From Epithemia pelagica (Eukaryota; Protista; Bacillariophyta): a stretch of DNA of 64,000 bases. Positions within the stretch are counted from its first letter, which is position 1; the number at the start of each line of letters is the position of its first letter. The stretch is taken from NCBI GenBank assembly GCA_946965045.2, contig OX337237.1, forward strand, positions 1,922,001 to 1,986,000. The letters run 5' to 3'. This document shows positions 25,242 through 37,741 of this stretch, piece after piece. A program made the translations under genes and the position numbers. Under the pieces are notes generated by a model. It ran no database searches. It was given only the letters and a program-made list of their open reading frames with translations, and was not told the DNA's origin.

Positions 25242-25347
25242 TCGCCCTTCTCCGATTGTGGTCAGATTACTTTCTCTTCTGACCTCTCTACGGATCGCCC
25301 TTCTCCGATTGTGGTCAGATTACTTTCTCTTCTGACCTCTCTACGGA
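25242..25347 (+). repeat. 53-bp tandem duplication
   Basis: TCGCCCTTCTCCGATTGTGG...CTCTACGGA x2. Confidence 0.95.
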
Positions 25348-25348
25348 C

Positions 25349-26162
25349 GTGCCAATGGCGGCTCAGGAATCAGAAACTGCTTTGTTTCAGGAACCTACCA
25401 TGGAATCCTCCTCCGTTGGACGATCCAACGCTGGAAGTAAGTTTGGTATTGCTGTGCTTCGCTCAAGCGAATGTGTGGACAAGTTGTTGTGTTTGGGGCT
25501 CAAGCGTGGTGGAGCGACCTTTTGCATCGACCCCAAGTGCGCTAAAGCCGGGGACCATGGAACTGGTTTAGCTCCCTACGACTTGGGCCCCACGGGAGGT
25601 CTGTTCATAACCAAGAACCCGGCCTCCGCCTTTTGTACTCCTGTTATCTCGCTGGACGAGATTTCCCAGGAGACTCTGGACCAAGTCCAGTGCAAAAAAC
25701 ATACCATGGAAGATTGGACGAAGAAATTTTTTGCTATTAAGCGACTTAACTAAGTAAAAAAGGAAGGCCATTTGGATGCCAGCCTGAAGGAAACGGAGAA
25801 GAGGATCTCCAAGGCTAATTCCCTTCGCACGCCTTTCACCCTCAAGAAAACCTCCACCAGCTCTGCATCCTTTATTGTTGAGAATTACTCCCCGCACCAC
25901 AAGATCCTAGATGGAGACCTGAAGGATGTGATCCGTAAAATTGCCAGTGATGCTTCGTTGGTGCTAATTACCCTGCGTGAAATAAAAGATTCCATGATGG
26001 AAGCAGGCGAAGTGATTCAGTCCCTTTCTATGGAACAACAAACATTGTCTCGAGAAAATACGCAAGCTGTTGAAGCCCTTGGAATCAAGTTCGAAAAGTT
26101 AAGCATGGAGATCGGCCCTCGAGAAGACTTGCCGGATGAATATCAAGCTCCGACTCTTTGGG
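25349..26162 (+). pseudogene. ORF1-like fragment, probably from a YR retrotransposon (one internal stop)
   Basis: Cys/His motif LCLG...TFCIDPKC...DH, then a coiled region ending PTLWG. The family call is from memory of diatom YR elements. Confidence 0.4.
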
Positions 26163-26410
26163 GATAGTTGAGCCCCTATTTCCAGAAGCCGAAGCACTGG
26201 AATCCGATGCCTACACACCGGAGGAGCTTGATGAATATCTAACTGCTGAAGTGAAAGTGCCCGAGCGACCATCATTGGACGCACTAAGCAGGACGCTCAT
26301 GGACGACCAATAGGTGAGCGAGACTCTAATCCTATCCTTGATACCCGGTACTACGATGTACAGTTGCCGGATGGATCGGTTGAGTCATACGCCACTAATA
26401 TGATCGCCGA
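26163..26410 (+). pseudogene. Copia integrase-RT linker fragment
   Basis: PEELDEYL...SNPILDTRYYDVQLPDGSVESYATNMIA; close DNA match to 32815-32990 on the minus strand. Confidence 0.85.
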
Positions 26411-27125
26411 TGTCAACGAAATCGCAGGTAACGACTTTTTAAAGTTTACAGCTGTGATTTGGGACCCATTCTCAGAACACGACACCTCCACAATTGACAA
26501 CAACAACATCTCCATCGCACAATCAAACACGTTCCCCTTCCTGGACATGGAAATGTACTGGGGCGACAACAAAGTCCTCAAGTACAAGGTCCACGTCAAG
26601 AAGAATCAACAACTAAAGTATTTGAACAAAGGAAGTTCTCATACTCCAGGCTGTTTTAAAGCGATCCCCAGTGGAGTTATCAAAAGATTGACAAAACTCA
26701 CCACAGTCGATGATGAGAACGCTGACAAGATACTGGCAGAAATCTACCCAGTCCATTTTGACGCTCTAACCAAAGCAAACCTAATCAAACAAGAATCCAT
26801 CACAACCCTTGGAATGTCAAACAAGCAAATGGAGAAAGAGAAGAACGACACCGCCTCGCAAGCCCTAAAGAAACGCAGGGAACGCGATCACAAACGAGCA
26901 GTCTACTTCAAGATTGGCTACTCAGACTTTTGGCACAAACCAATACACAAAATCACCAAAGAGATCAAAGGGAAATTCCCGTTCCTGGCTTGGCTGAGGG
27001 TATCTATGTCATACCATAGATTCAACAATGTCCGGGAACTTTTCCAAGGCGACCTAAACGCTAAACTCGCCGACGGACTAAGGTCCCTCGATTTCGAAGA
27101 TGTCGATTGCAACTGTCGCAACAGA
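26411..27125 (+). pseudogene. Penelope-like element RT C-terminal/linker fragment
   Basis: FPFLDMEMYW...KVHVKKNQQLKYLNKGSSH...AIPSGVIKRLTKLT...CNC. Confidence 0.7.
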
Positions 27126-27835
27126 GGGGAACCCCACAGCGTTGCATCGCAAGACCGGCGGCTCCATGGGCGATCCGATCGTAGCAGGACTTTGCATCAT
27201 TCGAGCAAAGGGCCCCTGGGTGACGCGACTGCCGAAAAATATCATAGGCCAGCACTTTATTGACGCATTGATATATGGCACTGTGTGCCTTGCGGCTGCC
27301 ATACTGTTCTGGAGCCAGCAAGCCGTTCCATTCAGAAAATTGCATCATTGCTCTCCCCATCAGTTTATTGTTGTGATTAAAATCGGCTTCGTACAGTAGG
27401 ATGGTACGAAGCCGAGTCACCTTAGCCACCCCGGGCTTCTTCTCGAGCATGACGTTGAGGCCTTGCATCCATCGCTGTGGAACGTACCCGCTCATCGTCG
27501 GTATGCGGGCCAGTGCTGCATCGACCATTGCCAAAAGGGGATCGGACGCGTTGGCCTGGAAATGGCCGAAATGGAGGCCAGAGGGACCGGACGAGGTAAA
27601 CTCATCCATGCGCTTCCAAGAGGCGGCGTACGTGGCAGTGCGGAAGTCAATCGGGATAGTGTCAGACAAAGCCAAGACCGAAGGGCGACGGTGGGAAGCC
27701 AAATAGGCAACAGTGGCCGGAGGTAGAGCAATATGACGAGTGGAAGCAGTCGAACCAGTGCGCAGGATGTCTTGAGCAAGCGCGGAAGTGCCACATGGTC
27801 CCAAAGCAAAGACCATATCCGGGGTAAGTAATTTC
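27126..27835 (-). pseudogene. Ambal-like non-LTR RT N-terminal domains
   Basis: SGPSGLHFGHF, VMLEKKPG...LRTILLYEADFN, EQYGSR and CSNDAKSCYDRI. Confidence 0.85.
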
Positions 27836-28089
27836 ACGGTCATAGAGAATGTAGTTAAAAGCGTTGGGTTTCCACTACATATCAAAATTTGAAGGTTGAG
27901 TTTTAGGGTGAAGGTAGCGCGTGTATGATCTCGATCGTTGGAAGCGGATAGATCACAGGAGGAACACAACGCATGATACAGGGCAGATAAGGATTTGAAG
28001 CACATAACAGCGGTGAAGGATTTCCACCAGAAAAGGTAAGCAATGGTTGTGCATGGGAAAGGTACATATGATTACATTGTTGATCTCAC

Positions 28090-28674
28090 GTGTTCGCAAG
28101 AGTATGGATGAAAGGGAACGTGCAAACGGGACGGTTCGGTGGCCACGATTGCCTCGCCGTGTCCATAACGAGCTTGAATGAGTTGGAACAATCCTTGAGA
28201 AACGCCAGATTCAATGAGGGGGAACAAGACCAAAATCTGCTAACGTTGTGCCAAAGTCCAATCACTACTGTTTATTCATTCAAACGATTGGAACAGCAGT
28301 CGTTGGTGATTCGAATGGGCTGCAATGGTCAGGGTGAAGAAGCGTTTCGTCCAATCGGTGTGACAACACATGCACTATCGTTGGTGGAACATCATCTTTC
28401 GGAATGTTACGAGATGGTTGTCGTTGATACCAAAATCCGAATCGATCCAAGTGCGCCATCGAACGGTTATAATCGTTTCAGCAGCATGGAGGAGTTCATC
28501 AACAATCGGTACGAAACAGAGAGATCGGAGGAACTTTGTTCCCGACAACGTCATGAATGGAGAGCGCAAGAAGGAGGGACAATCGGGCGAAGTGACGAGC
28601 GGCGTCGACTTATCGTTGCTGTGGTTCGAGTGCAAGCGCCAGAACTTCGTTCGGGTTTGCGCCACAGACGGTAA
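28090..28674 (+). pseudogene. Fragment of an unidentified protein family (copy A)
   Basis: VVDTKIRID...NGYNRFSSMEEFINNRYETERSE is paralogous to 29341-29889. Confidence 0.5.
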
Positions 28675-28859
28675 GAGCAAGGCCAACGGCCGACACGGGA
28701 AGGGGAATTCCTGCTCCCGGACCTCCGCCATGTCCACCACCGCCGCCACCACCGGCACCACCGCCGGCTCCACCTCCTCCTCCGGTGCCACCGCCACCAG
28801 CGCCTCCACCTGCGCCACCACCAGCGCCTCCTCCGGTAAGTTACCTCCCATTCCTTCCA

Positions 28860-29220
28860 TGTCCTGAAATGCCCTCGGAGATTCAAGTCCCAATTCCTCC
28901 TCTTCTCGCTCCGCCGCCAGGGTTAGCTCCTGGAGTCGCGCCGTGAGTGCGTCATCTTGTTCCTTGCGGAGAGTGTCATGATCTGCCGAGGTCAGGAATG
29001 GCCCCGACATCTTTCCATCCACCACTAAAGGAGTTCCTCTCCGGGGAAAGCGGTGGTAGTACCCGCTCGGGGCCCGTGGGGAATCCTCACGGTCGTGCCC
29101 AGCCTTGCGGCAGTCTCCTTGCAGCGCGCCGCAAACAGCTAGCACGGTCTCCCGGTTATGGCGCCGACTAAAGATTCCCCGGCAGACATCATTGCCGCTC
29201 AGGTTAACGAAATCTCCCAA
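28860..29220 (-). pseudogene. Cys/His-rich retroelement ORF1-like fragment
   Basis: CRGIF...VCGALQGDCRKAGH zinc-binding-like motif followed by a coiled region. Confidence 0.35.
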
Positions 29221-29340
29221 GTCTTCGTACGAGATTGCGGTTGGGTGTTGGGTGTCCGTTTCTAATGTTTCTAGGTAGGTTTTCTCAGCAGCAACAAAGA
29301 TCCAGTTACTTCAAATTGGAACACAAGGGACTACAAGGTA

Positions 29341-29889
29341 TTGTTGGTTGTTGATTCGAAGATCGAGATCGATTTGCTTGGAGCTACATCTAATGATTAC
29401 GATCGATACCAAAGCATGGAGCAACTAGTTGCAACCCGATACAACATGGACCGTAGCGAGGTAGTTTCAATGCCACAACGGATCGAATGGAGTTTATTCA
29501 AGGGTGAAACAACTTACAAAGACTTTGCTGACACACCGCCTCGTGAAAAATTCCCCGGTGATGGTTTCATGGTTGTTGTTGTTTGTGTTCGAAAAGGTGG
29601 ACAGTATGGATGGTTCCCTATTGAGGTTCATCATTGTGGTTTTGGTCATAGGATGCCAAGCTTATCGTTTGAAGTCAAGTTCGGGCACGAGACGTGGTCC
29701 GACACAAGGAATGAGAACGCGGTGTTGCTGTTGGAGGAGTTGCTTCCTACAAAATGGTACACATGGAATGAAGTGGGACAAATGGTTAATGAAGAAGGTC
29801 TGGCAGAGAATGGTTATGTTCCGTTTGACATTGCGAGGAAGCAAGCAGCTGGCGCTGCCTTGCTGCCATCTGCATACAATAAACCATAG
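29341..29889 (+). pseudogene. Fragment of an unidentified protein family (copy B)
   Basis: Shares its N-part with 28090-28674 and its C-part (WFPIE..C...SLSFEVKFGHETW.TRN) with 36370-37010. Confidence 0.55.
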
Positions 29890-30000
29890 TAGTAGCGTGC
29901 ACTTCTTTACAAATAGGAAAAGCTTAAAGGAACTTCTTACGGAAGTCAATCTAGTCTAGTACGAAAGGTGAGGGCCCCATCGTTCGTGCAACACAGACGA
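29890..30000 (-). repeat. LTR fragment related to the 8860-9657 LTR
   Basis: The reverse complement contains ACGATGGGGCCCTCACCTT..GTACTAG, also at ~8937-8963, with weaker similarity continuing beyond it. Confidence 0.6.
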
Positions 30001-30019
30001 GATTGACCTAAAGAAGAAC

Positions 30020-30310
30020 TAACACTGTGCACGAATCCACATCCAGTTTACGTATAACTTAAGTGTGTCCGAGAAAGCGTGTGCCTGTGGTAATCTCTTG
30101 ATGTGGTTGTGCACTATTGAGCATGGAGAGGGCCTTACAAAGGGCGTGAGCGTTGTCGTGGGAGAGGAGGTCCATTGGAGAGGTGCCGTTGATGGAGGTA
30201 AGGAGTTTTGTTTTGGACAAACTGAGGTTGATTCCGAAAAGCTTGCCGAGTGCTTGGAAGCATTCAATGAACCACGGAATGTCCTCGTATATACAGCCAC
30301 CCCAACTCAC
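30020..30310 (-). pseudogene. CRE-type RT fragment
   Basis: YEDIPWFIECFQALGKLFGINLSLSKTKLLTSINGTSP...TGTRFLGH. Confidence 0.65.
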
Positions 30311-31289
30311 TCATGTGCAAGAGATCCAGGCATTCCATGATGGAAACTCTTTCTTCCTTATCCTTCCATCCAGTGTACCCTTGAACACAGACACAGGGAT
30401 CATAGTTGCACATGTAGCATGTCTTGTGCTGTCCTACCACACCAAGAGCTGAACTCTGACTGTAGTTGAATGACAATGGGGTCTGATCCATATTTTGGGT
30501 ATGATAATCTTTGTGCCTGCAGGTCTGTGATACTTTTGGTCTTGTTGTGGCTATCCAATAAGATTACTATTTCTTCAGAGAGTTGCTTCACCAATTGAAC
30601 AGAATCCTCAATCTTTGGATCAAGTAGTCTTGTCCACCCATTGGATAAAACCACAACCTTCTGTGGCAGTGCCTTTCTTCCAGAGCCAAAAGTAGGGGTA
30701 GCAAGCACCAATCTGCTTTCAAGGCACACTGTCCGATTGATGAAGAGTTGGAATTGACTTGGTTCCACGTCAAACTTCTCGTCTGTGCTGATTCATGAGC
30801 GAGTGGCTTGCTCATAGTACTTTTATCCTTGTTTCGTGCTGAAGTCGAGTTGCCGACCGATTCCAGCTCGGAATAGGGTCCTGAGGAATGGTCCTGGTCC
30901 TCCTCCTCCTGCTCCGCCACCACCGCCCCATGCTGCTACTGCTGCTACTGCTGCAGCGGCTGTGTTCGCGGCTGTGTTTGCGGCTGTGTTTGCGGCGGCG
31001 TTTGCAATGGCTTGCTGGATTGCATTTTCCAATCGGAGCTCTAATTGTGAACAAAGAAGTTTGAAAATGTACCAATGGAGGACGACTCTAATATGGGTAC
31101 ACGGGGCCAATCTGCCACTCTTAAGAAAGGCTTTGGGAGAAACCACAGCATTGGATAACTTCTTCACAGATGTTGTGGGACCACCTCCCAACGCCATTCC
31201 CGCCCTTGGTTTCATCTCAAACTTTGAGTATGAATCCACCTTGGGCAAAGCGGTGAGCCCCTTCTTGCCCAGAAGGCACGGGGCATAAC

Positions 31290-31690
31290 TGTGTCGGATC
31301 AGGCAATGGTTGACATCATTGCTGATGCAAGTAGTTTTGCCTTCTTTGGTTGTGACATGAAACTCATCGGTTGATGCTTGATAGGTGATGTTGTGCTTCT
31401 TTTTGACTTGATGAAATGAAAGAATGTTGACGCATCCATCAGCATGAAACCATACATGTCCGTATTGATGTACATTGGCCATTTTTGATGTGACAATGGT
31501 GCCGCTGTGACCCTTTACTCTCATGGTCGTGTTGACTTGTTTTGGCGGTGTTTGCAATAATGATGGATTGGAGAAAATGTTGATGGTTGCTTGATTGTCC
31601 AAGAGGACCCATGTCTTGGGTATGTTAGCCTGGGAATGAGCGGCAAGAGAGAGACAAAGTGAGTGGCAATCATTTGACACACAATCAGGA
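31290..31690 (-). pseudogene. Copia (CoDi) protease fragment
   Basis: WVLLDNQATINIFSNPSLL...GHVWFHADGCVNILS. Confidence 0.75.
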
Positions 31691-32814
31691 TGTTGTGAAT
31701 TCGAACCTCGATTGGAGTTGTCATCACCATTAGGCGACTCGTCTTAACTATTTTGACCAGCAGTAGGATAGGCTAAACCGGTATTCTCGGCTCCCTGTGT
31801 CGTTCCGCCCGCTGCACCTTGATTGTTGTTGTTGTTGTTGAAATTTGATTCATGTTTGCCCATAAGCCCTCCTCATCGCGCCCCTCTACGTCGTCACTCC
31901 TAGCAGCAAAAGTAGAATTATCACTTCCGGAGTCTGTCTTCCCATGATGAAACAAAAGTCACAGCCTTGGAATATCAACCCATTGACCAAACACAAGTCC
32001 ATTCACGGCGTCGTGATACACGAGTGTCGTGTCTCTGTTTTCCTGGTTCTTTTTCAAGTTCAACTTTCTCTTGTCCCATCCTGTTCTATTTGCTCTACAG
32101 GTTCCAGTAGAGAATCCTCAGATGGTCGCGTAGGAACAGCCAATTTTCAGAGCACAGTACCAGTTATCCATAGCGCGATATGGTGGTACCCAGCAGTCAT
32201 TTTGTGAATATCAAGTTGATAACACACATTGACTACAGCCTTCATAGTTGTAGGTAGCTCCTGTGCTTGTTGATATAGTATGTAGGAGTTGGTTGTGTCG
32301 GCTCCTGTCTTACTTACTGGACAATATCTCGAACGACAACCAATTCCACCTTCGTCAAATGTCATATCTCTTGGCACATGGAAACATCTTCTTGAAGCTG
32401 CGTCCATGGCAGTGATAAATTTCCGGAGCGGATGGCATATGTCTCTGCCTCGTCAACTTGAACCCTCTTCCATATGGAAGGCATACCTGAAGAAACCAAG
32501 CAAGCCTTATCATGTATTGAGACGCCCCACCACTGCTGTTCTTTATCTCGATCATGGGTGTACCGGTACCAACGTTGTATACTCGGTTGGAGGTTTGACG
32601 TCGAGGTGAAGAGACATTGTAAGGATTATTCCCAGGAGTCGGGTCATCTCCTCCAAAGAAACGTTTTTCCATCGTTGGGAGTATTAATAACCACGACGCG
32701 AAAGGAGACCTGGTCGTATTTTCTTCTGGTGGATGTATTAAAATAATTTGTCACTGTTGCCATGCGAGCAATGACAAATCCCTCGATGTCGACTCCTTCC
32801 CGGAGCTGTTACTA

Positions 32815-33200
32815 ATTGGTCGTCCATGAGAGTCCTTAGTGCGTCCTATGATGGTCGCTCAAGCACTTTCACCTCCTCGCGGCAGCATGACTTTGGCGGT
32901 TAGATATTCATCAAGCTCTTCCGGTGTGTATGTATTGGATTCCAGTGCTTCGGCTTCTGGAAATAGGGGCTCAACTATCTCGCCTTCGTCAAAGAGATCT
33001 GGGGTTGGATCACTCCCAGGTGTACCATCAGATGGTGGCTCTTTCAGTTTCGACTGAATAGCGGCATCATAGTCTGTCAGCTGCTCTCCGATCGTCGGAT
33101 TCTTCAGATCGTCATCCGGGTAGATGCAATAATCCACCGGAGCAGGCAAAGCGCATGCTAGTTCCATGTGAATCGGACCAAGAGGCAAAAAATGCTGCAT
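32815..33200 (-). pseudogene. Copia integrase-RT linker fragment (second copy)
   Basis: EIVEPLFPEAEALESNTYTPEELDEYL; near-identical to 26163-26310 and carries a CGA>TGA stop. Confidence 0.85.
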
Positions 33201-33721
33201 TGTGGTATAACAAACAAAGTTCTATGTGTACAGTCAGTCTAAAAACCATGGGTCTACTCTTTTGGATTGGATGGTGGTGAGGGTGCGGGTTGGATGTATC
33301 TCTTTGCATAAGTTCCTTATTTCTTTTTCTTTCCCCCTTGCGTTGAAAGTGGTGACGGCTACATTGTCAGTGAGATTAGGTCTCAGTCGGTGTGGCCTTC
33401 CGAGTTCCCAGTCGACAGTGATGGTGCGAAACAAAGGTAGCCCGGGCAATAGCAGTGCAAGGACCAGAATCCTTCCACTAGTCGATTTCCCGGTCGGTTG
33501 TCAGTGTTACGAAGGTACGAGTCCCCTTGGCTTTGCAGATGCAGTAAAACGGTGTACAAAAACTCAAATGGGAGGTCCACCCTGCAACCTGGTGGAACTG
33601 CAAGAAGAAGAGGAATTTAATCAAGAACGACCAGAGCATTCGGAACATTGACACTTGTCCTTTCTTTCAGCTCGTCTGCCATTCCAATCACGCTATAATT
33701 AAAGCAGCTTGGGGCATCTGT

Positions 33722-34850
33722 TTGATTGTTGCTTGCTTCCTTTCAGCCTCCTTCACTCCCAAACCGCTACAACAGAAGACAAGTAAGAAGAAGAATCGCA
33801 CAAGTGAAACGCACGGGATCGTGGTAGGAATCCCAGCACAGGCCATCAAACATTGCCAGGCGGCAAACGATCTCGCAGGAGCGATCCAACACTCCCTGCG
33901 AGCCCATCTTCCCCGCAAGCTAGACTGGCACGATTTCTTTGACCATACTGGGATCCGCGCTGGGACATTCAGTGGGGACCTCAAGAACAAACAGAGGGGC
34001 CAGGTACCGGTGGTGTACATCACGGCCTCCTCACGCCAAAACTTTGAGTCGTTGCTATGAAGTTACAATGCATTTGTCGCGGCCAACAGAGAAAGCGAGA
34101 TTCTCTGGCACGACAACAAAGTCCAGATCATACCGATGCCCACAACGCAATCGAACAGAACAACAACCCTAGAAGCGATCAAAGACATCGATCGATTCTT
34201 CGGAGCAAGTGTGCGAATCAAGCTTCGTCCGATCAACGAGGAAGCAACGGACGGGGATTGGGCGCTGCTACGACACATGGAAGAATTCGTTGCACTCTTC
34301 CCGGAATACGACAACCTGGATCCAGATCCATGGTTCTACACCCTGGTGCTCCGCAAAACACCGGACACCCACCACCTAACAACAAATACCATTCGGCAGT
34401 ACCATGGATTCCCGACAAACATATTGCTGCCCACACTTGCAGCAGTGGCAGCAACTCCCCCCAGGTAACCAAACAACAACCAAGAAACACCAACGTCGTC
34501 CAGCCACACAAACAGACTGCTGGCTTTCACCGACAGACTCCTCCGAAATGGTTCATTCTGTTAGTTTGCAAGAACAGGGAACGGAGTGCCAGCAACACGT
34601 CACCCCGGACTCGGACCAGCCCCCCAGGAACACCTCCACCAGCCAAAAAACAGGCAAACCATCCAAACCACGACGACGAAGAAGAAGAAGACAGTGACCC
34701 GTATGACGACGGCACGGACTGGACCAAGGTAGCCTCCAGCTCCTTTCATCAGCCCCCGAGTCCAAAACAAAGCAAAGACAACGACACAAAACCACCGGCA
34801 AGACAGCCTCCAACTTGTGCTACAGTGGCAATATGGTGTGAGACTGCCAC
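33722..34850 (+). pseudogene. Unassigned TE-like ORF fragment (one stop at ~34058)
   Basis: ORFs 33722-34060 and 34136-34468 are in the same frame and form a protein-like stretch, followed by a low-complexity tail. Confidence 0.3.
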
Positions 34851-34939
34851 CTCATGGGATAGCTTAGGACCGTTGTGGTGCAGGAGCACCAGGCGGAGGC
34901 AGAGGAGCGCCAGGAGGCGGAGGAGGTGGAGGTGGAGGA

Positions 34940-35270
34940 CCAGCTGGACCACCACTGCCACTTTCCGTGGTAGGGATGGCCTTAACAGTCTGTGGGGCCA
35001 ATCCCTTCAAGATTTATGTGCTAGAGTACACCAAGAGGTTGAACATGATGGAATCGTATGGACGAATGACTGCTGACGACGTCACACAGCTTGCTTCGAG
35101 ATTGGAGAAACCCACGTACCCGTATGCTGTATCTCTTCCTACAAGTGTAGTCAAGAATGGCGGTGTTGTAACGTACGACAGTGTCGACGAGGCTGTGTTG
35201 CCGCAAAATGGTAGTGGTGTCTCCAGATTCCAGAGCATGATTTGTTCCTGGCAAGGCATACACGTGAACC
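34940..35270 (+). pseudogene. Copia gag N-terminal-like fragment
   Basis: MESYGRMTADDVTQLASRLEK resembles the CoDi gag N-terminus. Confidence 0.4.
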
Positions 35271-36099
35271 GGGGAAAGGGACGATAGACACAGTAGAGCC
35301 AGGAGCCAGAGCCATGGGTGCTGGCTTGGGCGATCCCGTGTGGCTCGGCTTTGTCGGACGACGCAACTGTGGCGACGGACAATACCGAAGGATCTTTTAC
35401 TCAACTCTTCGTTCACCAGCCGTTTCCGTTCCTGACGTGGTGGGCATCGCCACAACAACGCCGATGCCTCCCGCTCGCCCCCAACCCAGGTCCCCTAGTC
35501 GCACCGTTCAGCAAACCAATCCATATCTTTGAACGGAGTTGCTTCTCGCCCGCTTAGTGGAGGCCCGCTACGAACTGCATCTTCAACTCGCTCCCTCGAG
35601 TAACGCTGATGCGGAGCTGCGGTCGACTTTGGTGGCCTTCTTCTCCAAGACTAAGGAGTACGACTCGTCGTTGGTTATCCACCCGTATCCACCCGTGGTC
35701 TGATAAAGATAACACGATACTGGACAATCATGCATTACCGATTGGCATGTTTCTAGACCCTGGTAAAATTTCGTCCCCACAGAAACTCATCGATACCATC
35801 AATGCTTGGTACCAGCACTACGGCCACCCCTCTACACGCACATCCACCAACGATCAAATCGCAAGCTCTCTTGCATGGTTGGATAATCCTTTCACTACTG
35901 CGTGGCTTTCGGCAACATCTTCCAATGCCGACCAATTTGCCTGTACATGGCATCTGGACGTCCAACTGACATCAGACTATCCGGCCCTCTACTCATCAAC
36001 CGCTGGTAGTCTTCCAGTACCCCTGTCCCCTTCAATCCATCCCGCTGATGCCCTCTTCACGCATCCGAAATTTGTACTGGCAGCCGCGGTTTTCTAGTC

Positions 36100-36350
36100 C
36101 CAAGCAAGTGTCATTGGTACCTCGTGGATTACGCGTGGTCCAACGGTAAATGGGAATTACTCACCCCTTCTGAGGTTCCAGGGGCCATATCGATTCGTTC
36201 CCCATCGGGGCGTCAAGTGCCCATTGAACGAGTTGATCCCCACGAAGCTCGAAAGACATTAGGGGTGTGGACAGCGCCGGATGGATCAATGGATGCCCAA
36301 CTCCGTTATCTAAAGAAAAAAGTGAAAACGTGGGTGACATTCAAATCACG
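36100..36350 (+). pseudogene. Ambal-like RT fragment
   Basis: YLVDYAWSNGKW...EARKTLGVWTAPDGSMDAQLRYLKKKVKTW. Confidence 0.75.
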
Positions 36351-36369
36351 ACCACGAAAGGTCTGATAC

Positions 36370-37010
36370 TCCACCTGTTCATGGTCTTGAAAGACCCTCT
36401 CTTCAATCTGCCAGTCATTCGGATCATCATAAAACCAATTCGTTCCGGGTTCACGAGCACTCACAGATGCAATGATCCCAACTCGGTTATCATCCGTAAG
36501 CACAATCCGCCCACACTTGTAAAACTTGATTGACGTGTCCTCTTGAAAGTCTGCCTCTTCAAAACTGTAGACTGCTTCCACAACTGAAATGAAGCCATGA
36601 CTCTCCGTTACTACGGATTGTCCAATGCAACTCCATTGGCGCGAGAAATTCGTCCCATCGATCTGTAAATCACACTGATGATACAGCAGTTTTCAAAGTA
36701 GTTCTTGGCCATTGGCCACCATTTGCCGAAAAAATTCGTCACCGTAGCGAAAATGATCTGGGTCGATCACAAATTCGTCCAGTTTGTTGCGACAGAACCA
36801 TGTTGGAGGAAGTGTAGTACGCAATATTTTGGCAGCTAAGTTGTTTCGTGTTTCCCAAATCTCGTGTCCAAAACAAACCTTGAAAGGCAAGCTTCGATTT
36901 TGTGCTGTGCAAGGGCATTCATACAATTCCACAGGGAAATAGCCCCAATTGTAATCGCCACACCGAAGGCAATATCAATCGAAAGCTCCTCTCAGGCGAA
37001 TCCGAATCGG
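36370..37010 (-). pseudogene. Fragment of an unidentified protein family (copy C)
   Basis: WGYFPVELYECPC...SLPFKVCFGHEIWETRNNLAAKILRTTLPPTW aligns with copy B. Confidence 0.55.
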
Positions 37011-37190
37011 TAACTTCTTGTTCAATCGACTCCAATAAGGCTAGAAGTAAGGCCGGCGACATTGCTTGATCTGGGCGCCAGTCTTGACCCATTCTCCTAC
37101 GACAACCTTCCACGAATCGTGCAAACCACAAAGAGCCGCTCTCGTCTTGGCCCAACCTTGTGTAAGTTTTTCCCAGGTTGTTAGTCAAGA
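37011..37190 (-). pseudogene. YR-retrotransposon recombinase N-terminal fragment
   Basis: SLWFARFVEGCRRRMGQDWRPDQAMS motif. Confidence 0.55.
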
Positions 37191-37199
37191 TGATGGATC

Positions 37200-37700
37200 T
37201 CCCTGACACCAACGTAGAGGGCGATGATCTGACATGGTTTGAATAAGTGGCGAAATGTCCCACACCGCCACAGCTGTAACAGATGACCCGACTCATGTCG
37301 CGGCCACCACCCTGTGAGGAAGCTTGAGCGAATGCTGACCCGTCGTTCTTGGGAACCATTGCCGCCGGCTCGTCATCACGTCTGCGGAGAATGTTGTACG
37401 CCGCATGCACCGTCGCGGTATAATGGTTAACCTAGTCCAGGAAACTGTTCCTAAGGTGCTTGAGATAGCCCTTGTGGTTATCATTGACGCCACGGATGAA
37501 CTTCACCACCAGTGTCTTCTGCTTTGCTTCCTCATAGTCTTCATCTATAGGATCAGCTCTTCCGTTCCCATCGGCCACTTCTTCAACTTGGGCTTGATCG
37601 TGGATGGTAACTCCAACTTCATCCAATACTTCGACTTGGGCCAAAAATAATTCGTGATATTCCTCCAGACTCATGTTCCTTCCTTGTCTAAACCAATAAA
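37200..37700 (-). pseudogene. Copia gag fragment with CCHC-type knuckle
   Basis: FRQGRNMSLEEYHELFLAQVEV... and VICYSCGGVGHF. Confidence 0.75.
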
Positions 37701-37741
37701 AGGCTTTTAGAAGCAAGAAGCATGAAACAAAGTATTCATCT

